From: an uncultured Gemmatimonadales bacterium
GTDB taxonomy: Bacteria; Gemmatimonadota; Gemmatimonadetes; Gemmatimonadales; Gemmatimonadaceae
Direction: 5' to 3'
Assembly: GCA_963707505.1 (NCBI GenBank)
Contig: CAVPQB010000006.1
Location: forward strand, 384,001-448,000
Length of the DNA: 64,000 bases
Below, piece by piece: positions 1-10,326 of this stretch. Each line of letters starts with the position of its first letter. The first letter of the stretch is position 1. The translations under genes were made by a program, and so were the position numbers. The notes beneath the pieces are model-generated. The model did no database searches, was not told where the DNA came from, and was given only the letters and a program-made list of their open reading frames with translations.

Positions 1-26
1 GGCGCGCATCTTCCGGAAGGAGCATC

Positions 27-365
27 ATGCCGCAGTCATCGCTCGTTACGTGGGTCGGATCCGCTGTGGCGCTGCTAATGCTCGCGCTCTGCGGAGCCAC
101 GGTCTACGCAACCCTGCGCGGACCGGCGCGCACGCGGATAGTGCGCTGGCCCGCGACGCGGCTGATTGGGGTATGCGTGCTCGCGGGAATGCCGTGGCTC
201 GTGGTATGGCTCAGAGTGAATCGCATCTCTGTGACCGTCAACGGCGTCGGACCTTTCATTGGCTGGCTGGTAGTCGCGCTGCTGGCGTTCGCCCTGCTGA
301 TCCTGTTCCCGCTGGCTGCCATGCTCGCCCTGCTCGTCTGGTCGGCTGCACGGGTCAGGCGTTGA
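27..365 (+). CDS. Hypothetical membrane protein (3 TM)
   Basis: RBS GGAAGGAG before ATG; three hydrophobic segments; its stop overlaps the next start (TTGA). Confidence 0.7.
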   Translation: MPQSSLVTWVGSAVALLMLALCGATVYATLRGPARTRIVRWPATRLIGVCVLAGMPWLVVWLRVNRISVTVNGVGPFIGWLVVALLAFALLILFPLAAMLALLVWSAARVRR

Positions 366-1621
366 GCTTGGTCACACAAGGCAACACGGACGTCGCGAGA
401 CACGTCGTAATCGTTGGCGCTGGGGCCGCCGGCACGATGGCCGCCATCTTTGCCGCATCTTCCGGCGCACAGGTAACGCTGCTCGAGCGCACGGCCGACG
501 GCGGACGGAAGATCCTGATCAGCGGAGGCGGGCGCTGCAACATTCTGCCAGCGCGACTTGACGAGTCACGCTTCGTCACCGATTCGTCCCGCAACACACT
601 TCGCAAGATCGTCCGATCGTGGCCGCTCGCCGAACAGCGCGCATTCTTCGAGAATGAGCTTGGACTCAGGCTGGTCGAAGAGACCGAATCCGGGAAACTG
701 TTTCCTGAGTCCAATCGTGCACGCGACGTGCGTGATGGTTTGCTGTCGTATGCTGCGCAACGCGGTGCGCGCATAATGATGAACAGTCGCGTCACCGACG
801 TCCTGCCACTACACGACGGACGCTGGCGCGTCGAGCGCGATGGAGATCTGCCACTCGAATGTGATGTCGTCGTCATCGCGACCGGGGGATTCTCGGTTCC
901 CAATACGGGAAGCGATGGGACCGGACTCTCGATTCTTGCGAAGCTCGGCCACACGATGCATCCGACCTACGCCGCGCTCACACCGGTGACTGCCGAGCCG
1001 GCACCATTCGCCGAGCTATCCGGTGTGTCGCTCACGGTGACGATCACCGCGACGAGTGCGGAGCGCAACGCAACGGCGACCGGTGGATTTCTTTTCACGC
1101 ATCGTGGTTACAGCGGACCGTCAGTGCTCGACATCTCGCACGTCGTAGTTCGATCGGCGAACGATCGCGCCGATCCGCCAGCTCGTATCTCCGTGCGCTG
1201 GAGCGAACTTGGCGATGCCGAATGGGAGCACGCGTTGCGCGCGAGCGGCACGCGCACAGTCGCCGGCGCGGTGCGTGCGGAAATGCCGGACCGTCTGGCG
1301 ATGGCGCTCATCGCGTCGGCCGGCGTCGAGCCCACGCGGATGCTTGCGGAGCTCAAGCGCGATGCGCGACGTGCACTCATCGATACACTGGTGCGTGGGG
1401 ACCTGCCGTGGACCGGAAACGAGGGATACAAGAAAGCCGAGGTAACTGGTGGCGGCTTGAGTCTCGCCGAGATCGATCCGCGCACGATGGAGAGCCGGCG
1501 TCATCGCGGGCTGTTCGTGTGCGGGGAAGCGCTCGATGCATTTGGTCCGATCGGCGGTTACAACTTTCTGTGGGCCTGGGCGACGGGTCGCGCCGCAGGA
1601 CGCGGCGCTGCAGGGGTCTAG
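362..1621 (+). CDS. HI0933/YhiN-family NAD(P)/FAD-dependent oxidoreductase
   Basis: IVGAGAAG, GRKILISGGGRCN, ATGG...GSDG, AEVTGGG, GPIGGYNFLWAWATG motifs; start moved to TTG 362. Confidence 0.92.
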   Translation: MSLVTQGNTDVARHVVIVGAGAAGTMAAIFAASSGAQVTLLERTADGGRKILISGGGRCNILPARLDESRFVTDSSRNTLRKIVRSWPLAEQRAFFENELGLRLVEETESGKLFPESNRARDVRDGLLSYAAQRGARIMMNSRVTDVLPLHDGRWRVERDGDLPLECDVVVIATGGFSVPNTGSDGTGLSILAKLGHTMHPTYAALTPVTAEPAPFAELSGVSLTVTITATSAERNATATGGFLFTHRGYSGPSVLDISHVVVRSANDRADPPARISVRWSELGDAEWEHALRASGTRTVAGAVRAEMPDRLAMALIASAGVEPTRMLAELKRDARRALIDTLVRGDLPWTGNEGYKKAEVTGGGLSLAEIDPRTMESRRHRGLFVCGEALDAFGPIGGYNFLWAWATGRAAGRGAAGV

Positions 1622-1646
1622 CGATACATCGTTCGCCCGGGTGTCG

Positions 1647-3281
1647 TCATAACATCGGGGCTGGCCTGGGCCTGTGCGGCATGAGACGCGCCAGATACTG
1701 CATCAACCCATCCACCGATGCCGTGAGTGGCGCGCGGAAGCCGACGTAGCCATCGGGTCTCACGAGGTACATCGCTGGGCGTGTAGAGCCGTATTCGTCG
1801 CGCAACGATCGCGGCTCGCGCGTGTGGACCCGTGTCATTGACGATGCGTTGGACTCGTTCCGCGGCGTCATTGCATCCGACACCATGACAGGCGTTATGA
1901 CGTCGCCATATAATGCAACAACTTTTCTTGATACGTCATCGGCGAGCGCAACATCGTCTGCTGCATCCACGATCAGCAGCAGTGTGTGTTGCGGCCGGGA
2001 GCAGACGTCGACGATGTGAACGGTAGCTCCGTCGGGAGCGAGCCGCGCAACTGCGTCCGGCGCCCGGTCACCGGCACGTGGACCGTGCGGGACGTGGTGG
2101 TCCTCCACTATCGGGCTGTGCTCGTATTCGATGTCGATCTCAGACACGTGGCGCGCGGCCTCATGTTGGACGAAGTCGAGACTGCCCAGTAGCGGTGCGA
2201 TATGCTCCCTTACGAACGCGCCGATACCGCTGGACGCGCCAGCGATTCGAAACATCATGTCAGTCTGGCGCAACACGGAGCGCTCCACGGGATACCTCTC
2301 CAACTGATAGCTGTCGAGCAGTGATGGATCGGATCGACCACTGCAAACGAGCGCGAGTTTCCATGCGAGATTGACGGCGTCCTGCATGCCCGTATTCATT
2401 CCCTGACCGCCGGCCGGGCTGTGAATGTGCGCCGCGTCACCCGCGAGAAATACGCGTCGCGATCGCAGCTCCTTCACCATTCGGCTATTGACGCGAAAGG
2501 TGGCGGTCCATTCGGGATCACTGAGCGTAACCGGCTCGCTGATGCGTGCGTTTACCATCGCCTGGCATTCCCCGAGCGAGGGATCCCGCCCTGCAAGGCT
2601 CGCCGGTGGATTATCCGCGATGATACGGTAACGACCACCGCCGAGTGGGAAGATCGCGCAGACGTCGCCGTGCTGCGAATAGATGTGCAATTCCCCGTCG
2701 CTCAATGGCGACTGTACCCGCACATCGGCGAGGATGAATATCTGGTCGAACGTATGCCCTTCGAACGGGACGTCGAGTACGCGACGAACCGTACTGTGCG
2801 GGCCGTCGCATCCCACGACCCAGTCGACGCGATCACGCTCGACGTGACCGTCCGGGTGGCGCAGCTCGACCGTCGCCTTTTCTGCGTCCTGAGAGAGCGA
2901 CAATAATTCGACGCTGCGCTCGACAACAACTCCGAGCTGGCGGAGTCGGTCTCCCAGTATTCGCTCCGTTTCGGACTGCGCGAGGACGAGCAGAAACGGG
3001 TATGGACTATCCAGATCGTCGAACCGCAGGTGGACGATGCGCTTTCCATTGGAGTAGATGTTCGCAGCATGGACTGGATGACCGGCCGTGACGAACTCGT
3101 CCGCGAGCTGCATGAGCGACAACACCTCGAGCGTTCGCGCCTGAACGACGATCGCTTTGGATCTGTCGGACGGCGCTAGTGCCTTGTCTATCACTCGGCA
3201 TTGCACACCGTGTCGCGCCAGCTCGGCGGCCATTGTAAGGCCGGTAGGACCGGCACCTACTACGAGAACGGACTGGAGCAT
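1647..3281 (-). CDS. FAD-dependent monooxygenase (aromatic hydroxylase, PheA/TfdB-like)
   Basis: VVGAGPTG, VGCDGPHSTVR, FLAGDAAHIHSPAGGQGMNTG, C-terminal LVRPDGYVG; GGAGG RBS before ATG 3281. Confidence 0.92.
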   Translation of the reverse strand: MLQSVLVVGAGPTGLTMAAELARHGVQCRVIDKALAPSDRSKAIVVQARTLEVLSLMQLADEFVTAGHPVHAANIYSNGKRIVHLRFDDLDSPYPFLLVLAQSETERILGDRLRQLGVVVERSVELLSLSQDAEKATVELRHPDGHVERDRVDWVVGCDGPHSTVRRVLDVPFEGHTFDQIFILADVRVQSPLSDGELHIYSQHGDVCAIFPLGGGRYRIIADNPPASLAGRDPSLGECQAMVNARISEPVTLSDPEWTATFRVNSRMVKELRSRRVFLAGDAAHIHSPAGGQGMNTGMQDAVNLAWKLALVCSGRSDPSLLDSYQLERYPVERSVLRQTDMMFRIAGASSGIGAFVREHIAPLLGSLDFVQHEAARHVSEIDIEYEHSPIVEDHHVPHGPRAGDRAPDAVARLAPDGATVHIVDVCSRPQHTLLLIVDAADDVALADDVSRKVVALYGDVITPVMVSDAMTPRNESNASSMTRVHTREPRSLRDEYGSTRPAMYLVRPDGYVGFRAPLTASVDGLMQYLARLMPHRPRPAPML

Positions 3282-3359
3282 GGAGATCCTCCGGTATTCC
3301 ACGACATCAGGAAGATATGCGAGCGGGCACCAGCCGCGCCAATTCGTGCAGTGTCAACG

Positions 3360-5027
3360 TCAGGTATCCATGCCATACGGCGACCAGGCACCGGCGTCCT
3401 CGTCATCGAGGTTTTTGGAATCCAGCAGCATCGTCTCGAGATCCAACTCCCGCTGAAGTTGGCGAAGGATATCATCGCTTATGGCGTCGCTGTCGCGGAG
3501 ATGGAGCAGTGAACGGCGCTGCGCGCTGATTATCCGCTCGTTCGCACGCATCACGGTATCGGAAACGCCGGCCATCTCGTCCGCTGCTTCGCGCTCCTCG
3601 GACGTGGCGTCTTCATCGTGACCCTCTCTGCGTGCCGTCCAGCGTTTCTCACGATCCGCATAACGGGATCTCAAGCGCTTTCCTATCCTCGCGTCGATTC
3701 CGCCGTGTGCGATCATGTCGTCGATCACACCGAGCGCAGCTCTTGCCTGCGCTATGCGTGCGGTTATCTCCTCTGCCTTGCCGGACGTGTCGCGATGCAG
3801 GCCAAGTAGTCGCACGACTGGAGAGAGTGTCATACCCTGTCCGACAAGAGTTACGAATATCACGAAGAACGTGATGAAGATTATGAGGTTGCGCGCAGGT
3901 ATGAGTACGCCCGAGTTGGTGTAAAATGGAATTGCGAGCGCAATTACGAGCGAGTCTCCACCGCGCATACCGGACCATGCAACGAGTGCCCCTTCATTCC
4001 ATGCCGGCTCCGTCTTCTTGTGCTTGCGGCGTCGTACGGCACGGAGAATCGCCACTGAGATCCCAACCCATACAAATCGGACCAGCATGCACACCAGCGT
4101 GATCATCGATCCGTAGATGAGTAGTGTGGGTATCGAGTGATCCTTGAGACCGCGCATGATGTGTGGCAGCTCGAGTCCGATCATTATGAAGATCAAACTC
4201 TGGAACAGGAACGTCAGCATCGTCCACATCGCTTCTGCCTGCACGCGTGACGCTGGTGCCATCGATCTGGGATCCTGACGACCGAGATACAGCCCGAGCG
4301 TGACCACTGCGATGACACCGGAGGCTCCGATCGCGTCTGCTGGTACGAACGCGAGAAACGGCGATAGCAGCGACAGGGTATTCTCGACGATTGGCAGTCG
4401 TCCGGTCACGGTCCGGCGAAATACCGCGATCAGCCATCCGATGAAGAGACCTATCGCTGCGCCGGCGACGCCGGCGGTTAGCAGGCGGAAACTTGCGGAT
4501 GACGCGGAAAAGGCTCCGGTAACAGCGGCAGTGAGCGCGACCCTGTACGCTACGAGCGATGTCGCGTCATTGAGCAGCCCTTCGCCTTCGAGCACGGTCG
4601 TGATTCTTCGGGACACGCCGAGTGGGACGACGACTGCTGTCGCGGCGATCGGATCTGGCGGCGCGACAATCGCGCCGAGCAGAAAGGCGGATGCCCAGGA
4701 AAATTCGGGGATGAGCAGGTGTGCGACGACGGCGACTATCGCCATCGTGAGCAGAACGAGCACCGTCGCCAGGCGGGCGACGGGACCGATCACATCTTTC
4801 AGCTCACGGACCGAAGTGGTGAGGGCGGTCCAGTACAGAAGTGGCGGAATGAATATGAGAAAGAGCAGTTCCGGGTCACTGTCGATCCGTGGCAGACCCG
4901 GTATGAACGCCAGGGCCAGTCCGCCAATTACGAGCAGCGATGGATATGGAACGCTCCATCTGCGCGCGAGCATCTGGACCGTCGCGAAGACGGCGAGAAG
5001 GGCGATGATGAGCTCGAGTTCGCGCAC
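3360..5027 (-). CDS. Na+/H+ antiporter, CPA1 family
   Basis: LGAIVAPPDPIA, LEGEGLLNDA, WSGMRG motifs; ~12 TM. Confidence 0.92.
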   Translation of the reverse strand: MRELELIIALLAVFATVQMLARRWSVPYPSLLVIGGLALAFIPGLPRIDSDPELLFLIFIPPLLYWTALTTSVRELKDVIGPVARLATVLVLLTMAIVAVVAHLLIPEFSWASAFLLGAIVAPPDPIAATAVVVPLGVSRRITTVLEGEGLLNDATSLVAYRVALTAAVTGAFSASSASFRLLTAGVAGAAIGLFIGWLIAVFRRTVTGRLPIVENTLSLLSPFLAFVPADAIGASGVIAVVTLGLYLGRQDPRSMAPASRVQAEAMWTMLTFLFQSLIFIMIGLELPHIMRGLKDHSIPTLLIYGSMITLVCMLVRFVWVGISVAILRAVRRRKHKKTEPAWNEGALVAWSGMRGGDSLVIALAIPFYTNSGVLIPARNLIIFITFFVIFVTLVGQGMTLSPVVRLLGLHRDTSGKAEEITARIAQARAALGVIDDMIAHGGIDARIGKRLRSRYADREKRWTARREGHDEDATSEEREAADEMAGVSDTVMRANERIISAQRRSLLHLRDSDAISDDILRQLQRELDLETMLLDSKNLDDEDAGAWSPYGMDT

Positions 5028-5138
5028 GGATGGTACGGGGGTTACAGGTGGTTACGAGGGCTTTCGGATTTATGGATGAAAGACCTGACCACGGAAATAT
5101 TCGGGCCATTGGAGTCGAGCCGGCGAGGTATCCCATTG

Positions 5139-7868
5139 CTAACGCGCGAGCCAGAACGTCGCCTTTACCAGAAAGACGTTGGTAGGCGTCTCCCGGAAGA
5201 TGTCACCGACGTCGCGAGTAAGGCCGAAATCGCCTATCTGCGCCACGCCGTTACGTTGCTGCTGCCAGACGAAGAAAATTGTCGAGCCGGGTCTGTACTC
5301 CCACCGCAACACCGCGTCACCCTGGAGGCTTCGAACGTTGAAGTTCGGATCGCTCAGCTCGAAGGATGGCGCCGGGCCGTTTGCATCCGGGTCGAGAGTG
5401 TAAACTCCATTCGTGCCGCGCGAGATTGCGCCGCGAGCCGTGCCATACACGCCGTAGCGTCCAGTTCTCGGCGCGAGCAGCTCCTTGAAGGTCGCAAATT
5501 TTCCTGCGGAGACGAATGGTTGCGCGTAGAGCTGCAGACTGAGAGTGGTAGAGAACGTCCAGTCGAGTCGCGTGTCGAGCGACAGCGTGGTCTGGCGCAG
5601 GTTCGCGAAGATGTATCGATTGCCGTACGTCGCCGACGCTAGAGGATCACTTACCGATCGTACGTACTGATTGCTGCTGCTCGTGACGCTGAATGTGGGA
5701 CCGAAGCTGGCGTGGATCGCGGATGTCGGACGGACATCGAGTGTGATATTTGCGCCTTCCGCAAATCCACCTGCCGCGTCATGCTGGTATTGCAGTTCGC
5801 TGCTGACGATCGCCGGCTTGCGTGAATCGCTGCTCACGGACGCATCGAGGCTCCACAGGGCTGGTATAAGTGCAAGCGGTCCACCTCGTGTCAACTGGTC
5901 GCTGAGCTGATCCGGCGCGTAAGTCGCCTGCAATCCTGCCGCCCAGAGATTGTTGAACGTTGCATTTGTAATTACAGTATTGCTCTGCCGGATCAATGCG
6001 TTACCGAAATTCCAGGCGTCGAACGACGCTGCGGTAACCGAATACTGACGGAAGATGCGACCGGGCTCATTGGACTGGTAACCGACCGCTGGCACAACTG
6101 ACCGGTAGTCCGTCTGTGATATGAATCCGAGATCGTTGATCTCGAATCCCGGACTCACTTCCTTGTAATCGAGCGACCCGAACCACTTGCCGCGCTTTGC
6201 AAGCGCCACTTCGGCCATGTGGCCCTTGAGCGATGTGCGAGTGCTATCGACGCGCAGGTAGGATGCATCGGGGCGTTGATAGTAATGCGCGCTGGATAGT
6301 TGCGTGGTCGTGATTGCAGCTGGTGTGCCGTTGACGGTCGATGCAGTGACGTAGCCACTCACTATCCAGCTGCGTGAATCCCACGAGTGGTCGAAGTCGA
6401 TTCCGCCAAGAAGTGCGCGTGATCGCAGCGCATCTCTCACGACGGTATCGGCGACATCGCGGTTCGTTGCAGTGAACATTCCGCCAATCGCCGTGTTACC
6501 ATCGTTGAAGTCGCGACGGAGCCGCCCAACGGCGTAATTGGTGAGCGGCTCGACGATCGACGTACCACGCGCACCGGAGGTCGTTACGTAGCGCGCGGTC
6601 TCCTCGCTGGTCACACCGTCCATCAGACCGACTGTCCAGCCATGTGTCCTGCCCGTGAGCTTGAGCGCGCCCAGGATCGAGGACTCGTTCGGCGCGTCGA
6701 CGTACGCTACATCCGAACCAGGAACGGACAACTGCGGCGCTCGACCGATTCGCCTGGAGTAGTAGAAGATCTGCGAGTTGTAGCTCGCATCCACCTGCGT
6801 CTGGCCGAATTGAAAGACGTCCGATCCAGCGAGGAAGAACGGCCGCTTCTCGGGAAAGAACGTCTCGAACGCCGAGAGATTGACTACAGCGGGATCTACT
6901 TCTACCTGTCCAAAATCAGGGTTCACTGTCGCCGTAAGTGTGAGACCGTTTGGAAGTCCATAGTTGAGATCACCGCCAACTGACGGAGTCACGTCATTCC
7001 GGCGGAAGAGTGGATTCGCACTGGTTCCGGGAGCGCGCGTGAGTTTGGTGCTGAGATACGGGAGCAGATCGAGTCGAGTCGGTACAGGAATATCACGCAG
7101 GCCGGTCAGATCACCGAAGCTCGATACGTAACCGGGTGATTGCGATGTGAATGGCGACCAGACATCGCGCTCGTGGTAGCGTGCGATGTCGCGCGACACC
7201 TGGAATCCCCAGATACGATCTGCTCCATCCGCTACTGGCCCGAGGCGAAGCTGCGACAACGGGATACGAAATTCGGCGGTCCAGCCGAGCGAATCGACAG
7301 TCGTGGCGACCTGCCAGACGCCATCCCAGTTGAGATCCTCCGAATTGTCATTGGAGATCATCTCGTCTTTCTGAACACCACGGGGATTTACGGCAAAGCC
7401 AAACGAGCTGCGGCGATCGTGATACGAATCAATGGAAAAACCAACCCAGTCGGAGTAGATGCCATACGAGTCGCGTCGCGCGAGTGGTTGGGCGATCGAA
7501 TCGGGATGAGTGTCGAATGAGCGGATACCAACGTAGAGCGAGGTGTTATCGTAGAGCACGCGCACTTCGGTGCGCTGTCGGGGCATGGCACCGGGATTCG
7601 GATAGCTCTGTGTGAACCGGGTGGCGATCGGAGCGGCGTGCCAATCCGGCTCATCCAGCTTGCCGTCGATATCGATCTGACCGTGCGTGCGCATTGCGAC
7701 TGCAGTTCGCACGGCCGCGACCCCGGCAGTTTGTGGCGCAGTTTGTGGCGCAGTTTGTGGTGCGTTCTGGCCGACGATGGGATGAATCGCGATTCCAGCT
7801 AGAAGAAGCGCTAACGCGCTCGCCAACATACTCGTTGAGCATTGCGCCCAGTTGTCTCGCGACCGCAT
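5139..7868 (-). CDS. DUF5916 protein with N-terminal CBM9-like domain (probable outer-membrane beta-barrel)
   Basis: Signal peptide; IDGKLDEPDW, WTAEFRIPLSQL, ATVNPDFGQVEVD, FFPEKRPFF, LRWEYRPGS; start uncertain (7868 or 7829). Confidence 0.85.
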   Translation of the reverse strand: MRSRDNWAQCSTSMLASALALLLAGIAIHPIVGQNAPQTAPQTAPQTAGVAAVRTAVAMRTHGQIDIDGKLDEPDWHAAPIATRFTQSYPNPGAMPRQRTEVRVLYDNTSLYVGIRSFDTHPDSIAQPLARRDSYGIYSDWVGFSIDSYHDRRSSFGFAVNPRGVQKDEMISNDNSEDLNWDGVWQVATTVDSLGWTAEFRIPLSQLRLGPVADGADRIWGFQVSRDIARYHERDVWSPFTSQSPGYVSSFGDLTGLRDIPVPTRLDLLPYLSTKLTRAPGTSANPLFRRNDVTPSVGGDLNYGLPNGLTLTATVNPDFGQVEVDPAVVNLSAFETFFPEKRPFFLAGSDVFQFGQTQVDASYNSQIFYYSRRIGRAPQLSVPGSDVAYVDAPNESSILGALKLTGRTHGWTVGLMDGVTSEETARYVTTSGARGTSIVEPLTNYAVGRLRRDFNDGNTAIGGMFTATNRDVADTVVRDALRSRALLGGIDFDHSWDSRSWIVSGYVTASTVNGTPAAITTTQLSSAHYYQRPDASYLRVDSTRTSLKGHMAEVALAKRGKWFGSLDYKEVSPGFEINDLGFISQTDYRSVVPAVGYQSNEPGRIFRQYSVTAASFDAWNFGNALIRQSNTVITNATFNNLWAAGLQATYAPDQLSDQLTRGGPLALIPALWSLDASVSSDSRKPAIVSSELQYQHDAAGGFAEGANITLDVRPTSAIHASFGPTFSVTSSSNQYVRSVSDPLASATYGNRYIFANLRQTTLSLDTRLDWTFSTTLSLQLYAQPFVSAGKFATFKELLAPRTGRYGVYGTARGAISRGTNGVYTLDPDANGPAPSFELSDPNFNVRSLQGDAVLRWEYRPGSTIFFVWQQQRNGVAQIGDFGLTRDVGDIFRETPTNVFLVKATFWLAR

Positions 7869-8031
7869 GCTGATGGTTGTCTTGATGGGGAATGTGTTCG
7901 GAGCGGTATTATCAGCGGCGTGATTCGGCGCTATAATCCGGTAGTAAACTTCCCCGCTCGGAAGCAGGTCACATTCCGGGGAACGCAATTCGCGAGCACA
8001 TCGCGAGCACAGTTTCTCTGACGGAGGCACG

Positions 8032-8904
8032 GTGGCGAAGCAGCAGGGCGACAGCTGTACTGGCGCTATCGATCGGCGCTCGTTCCTGACTCTCCTGTCG
8101 GGATCGTTGATCGCGACGGCGATGGGAAACCGGGCGTACGGCATGCTTCCAGCGCGCAGGCTTGGCAGGATCGGGGTGCAGCTCTACACGATTCGCGACG
8201 CGCTGACCAACGATCTGGACGGATCACTCGCGCGCGTTGCGGCGATCGGGTATCAGGAGGTCGAGCTGGCCGGATATCGCTCGCACAGTGTCGCCGAGTT
8301 CAGGGCCGCGCTGGATCGGCACGGGCTTGCGGCGCCGTCGACGCATATCGCGATGGAGCGCGTTCGCGACGAGTTACCCAAGGTGCTCGATGAGGCACAC
8401 CAGCTTGGCCACGAGTTCGTCATCTGTCCGAACATTTCGGACGAGAAGGCGGGGCTGGATGGTTACCGGAAGGCCGCCGACGTGCTCAATCACGCAGGCG
8501 AGATCGCCGGGCGGTCGGGGATCAGCATCGGGTATCACAACCACGAGTCGGAGCTGGCGCCGATCGGTGGCGTGCGTCCTTACGACGTAATGCTGGACAG
8601 GACCGATCCCAAGCTGGTCGCGATGGAGATGGATATCTTCTGGCTCGTGAAGGGCGGGGGTGATCCGCTGGCGTACTTCAGGAAGTATCCGGGCCGCTTC
8701 AGGATGGTGCACGTGAAGGACATGGACGGCAGTCCTGCGAAAACGATGGTGGATGTGGGGAAGGGCGTGATCGATTGGAAGGGTATCTTCGCGCAGTCGC
8801 GAGAGGCTGGAATCGAGCACTACTTCGTGGAGCACGACGATGCCAGGGATCCGTTCGCGAGCATCGCGGCGAGCTACGCGTATTTACGGCAACTGGAGTT
8901 CTGA
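8032..8904 (+). CDS. Sugar phosphate isomerase/epimerase family TIM barrel with Tat signal
   Basis: DRRSFL Tat motif; GVQLYTIRD, GYHNH, EMDIFW, HVKD, YFVEHD. Confidence 0.9.
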   Translation: MAKQQGDSCTGAIDRRSFLTLLSGSLIATAMGNRAYGMLPARRLGRIGVQLYTIRDALTNDLDGSLARVAAIGYQEVELAGYRSHSVAEFRAALDRHGLAAPSTHIAMERVRDELPKVLDEAHQLGHEFVICPNISDEKAGLDGYRKAADVLNHAGEIAGRSGISIGYHNHESELAPIGGVRPYDVMLDRTDPKLVAMEMDIFWLVKGGGDPLAYFRKYPGRFRMVHVKDMDGSPAKTMVDVGKGVIDWKGIFAQSREAGIEHYFVEHDDARDPFASIAASYAYLRQLEF

Positions 8905-8999
8905 GAGGGGGTTGGCGGATCTGACCGAATTTCGGCACATTAACATCGACGTAGCCACCACAGAAATAGTCACATACTACTGAAGATCAGGATTCGTTC

Positions 9000-10238
9000 A
9001 TGACGGCAACGCGCGCCAAGCTATCGGTGATGATGTTCCTCGAGTACTTCGTTTACGGCGCGTGGTATGTGACAGCCGGAACGTATCTGACCGAGACGCT
9101 CAAGTTCAGTGGATCGAGAGTCGGGCTGGCGTACGGGAGCATGGGGATCGCGGCGATGATATCGCCGTTCTTCATCGGCATGATCGCGGATCGGTTCTTC
9201 TCTTCCGAGCGCGTGATGGCGATTCTGCTGATCGTCGGCGCGGCGGTGCTGTATTACGTGTCGACCATCCATGCGTTCGTACCGTTCTATGTGCTGCTCA
9301 TCATCTATGCGCTGACGTTCATGCCGACGCTGGCGCTCGCGAATTCCATAAGCTTCGATCACATCGAAGATCCAGCGCGCGATTTTCCGAAGATTCGAGT
9401 GCTGGGAACGATCGGCTGGATCGTTGCCGGTCTGCTCGTGAGTTTCATGGGGATCGAGTCCACAGCGATTCCGATGAAGATCGCGGCTGGCGCATCGCTG
9501 CTATTCGGTCTGTTCTCCCTGACGCTGCCGCACACGCCACCGCACGCCGCCGGCCAGCCGCTTCGTGCACGCGACGTACTCGGCCTCGACGCGCTGTCGT
9601 TGTTCAAGGACAAGTCGTTCACGGTCTTCGTTGTGGGATCGTTCCTGCTCGTGATTCCGCTGCAGTTCTACTACACGTTCACGAACGCATTCCTGAACGA
9701 AGCCGGAATGGCGAGAGCTGCGGCCAAGATGACGATGGGCCAGGGGTCGGAGCTCTTCTTCATGCTGCTGCTGCCGTGGTTTCTTACACGCCTCGGAATC
9801 AAGCGCATCATGCTGCTCGGCATGGCTGCGTGGGCAATCCGCTACGCATTCTTCGCCTTCGGAAACGTTGGACCGACTGTGTGGATGCTGTACGCCGGTA
9901 TTCTGGTACACGGTGTGTGCTACGATTTCTTCTTCGTGAGTGGACAGATCTACGTCGATCAGCAGGCGACTCTCAAAATTCGCGCGGCGGCGCAGGGATT
10001 GATTGCGTTCGTTACACTCGGTATCGGCAACGTGATCGGATCATGGCTGTCAGGACTCGTAGTGCAGGCGTATCAGACCGTTGGCGCGAACGGAGTGATC
10101 ACGCATGACTGGAGATCGATCTGGTTGATTCCAGCGATTGGATCGGCGGTGATCTTCGTGATATTCCTGTTCTGGTTCAAACCGAGTGTAGCGGCGAAGC
10201 CACCGGCGGATGAGATGGAGATGCCGATCGCGGCATAG
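9000..10238 (+). CDS. MFS nucleoside:H+ symporter family permease (NupG/YegT-like)
   Basis: MMFLEYFVYGAW, FPKIRVLGTIGWI, HGVCYDFFFVSGQIY. Confidence 0.9.
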   Translation: MTATRAKLSVMMFLEYFVYGAWYVTAGTYLTETLKFSGSRVGLAYGSMGIAAMISPFFIGMIADRFFSSERVMAILLIVGAAVLYYVSTIHAFVPFYVLLIIYALTFMPTLALANSISFDHIEDPARDFPKIRVLGTIGWIVAGLLVSFMGIESTAIPMKIAAGASLLFGLFSLTLPHTPPHAAGQPLRARDVLGLDALSLFKDKSFTVFVVGSFLLVIPLQFYYTFTNAFLNEAGMARAAAKMTMGQGSELFFMLLLPWFLTRLGIKRIMLLGMAAWAIRYAFFAFGNVGPTVWMLYAGILVHGVCYDFFFVSGQIYVDQQATLKIRAAAQGLIAFVTLGIGNVIGSWLSGLVVQAYQTVGANGVITHDWRSIWLIPAIGSAVIFVIFLFWFKPSVAAKPPADEMEMPIAA

Positions 10239-10270
10239 GGAATCTTGGGGATCTGCGATCCTCCGGAAAT

Positions 10271-10298
10271 CGTCATTCCCGCGAAAGCGGGAATGACG
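10271..10298. repeat. Palindromic REP/dRS3-like unit CGTCATTCCCGC-GAAA-GCGGGAATGACG
   Basis: Perfect 12-bp stem with GAAA loop between convergent genes; ATTCCC-N8-GGGAAT core; same family as 61329-61481. Confidence 0.85.
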
Positions 10299-10326
10299 AG
10301 TCTCTGTGAGGTCTACCAGGTTCCGT

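Noticed and set aside
7728..7765. 12-bp tandem repeat (APQT x3); a similar one at ~55189-55224 (VATx)
   Set aside because: In-frame low-complexity linker or signal-peptide repeats, not an array
7869..8144. N-terminal extension of the 1001-aa ORF overlapping the isomerase gene
   Set aside because: The signal peptide begins near 7868/7829; the extension is read-through of the divergent promoter region
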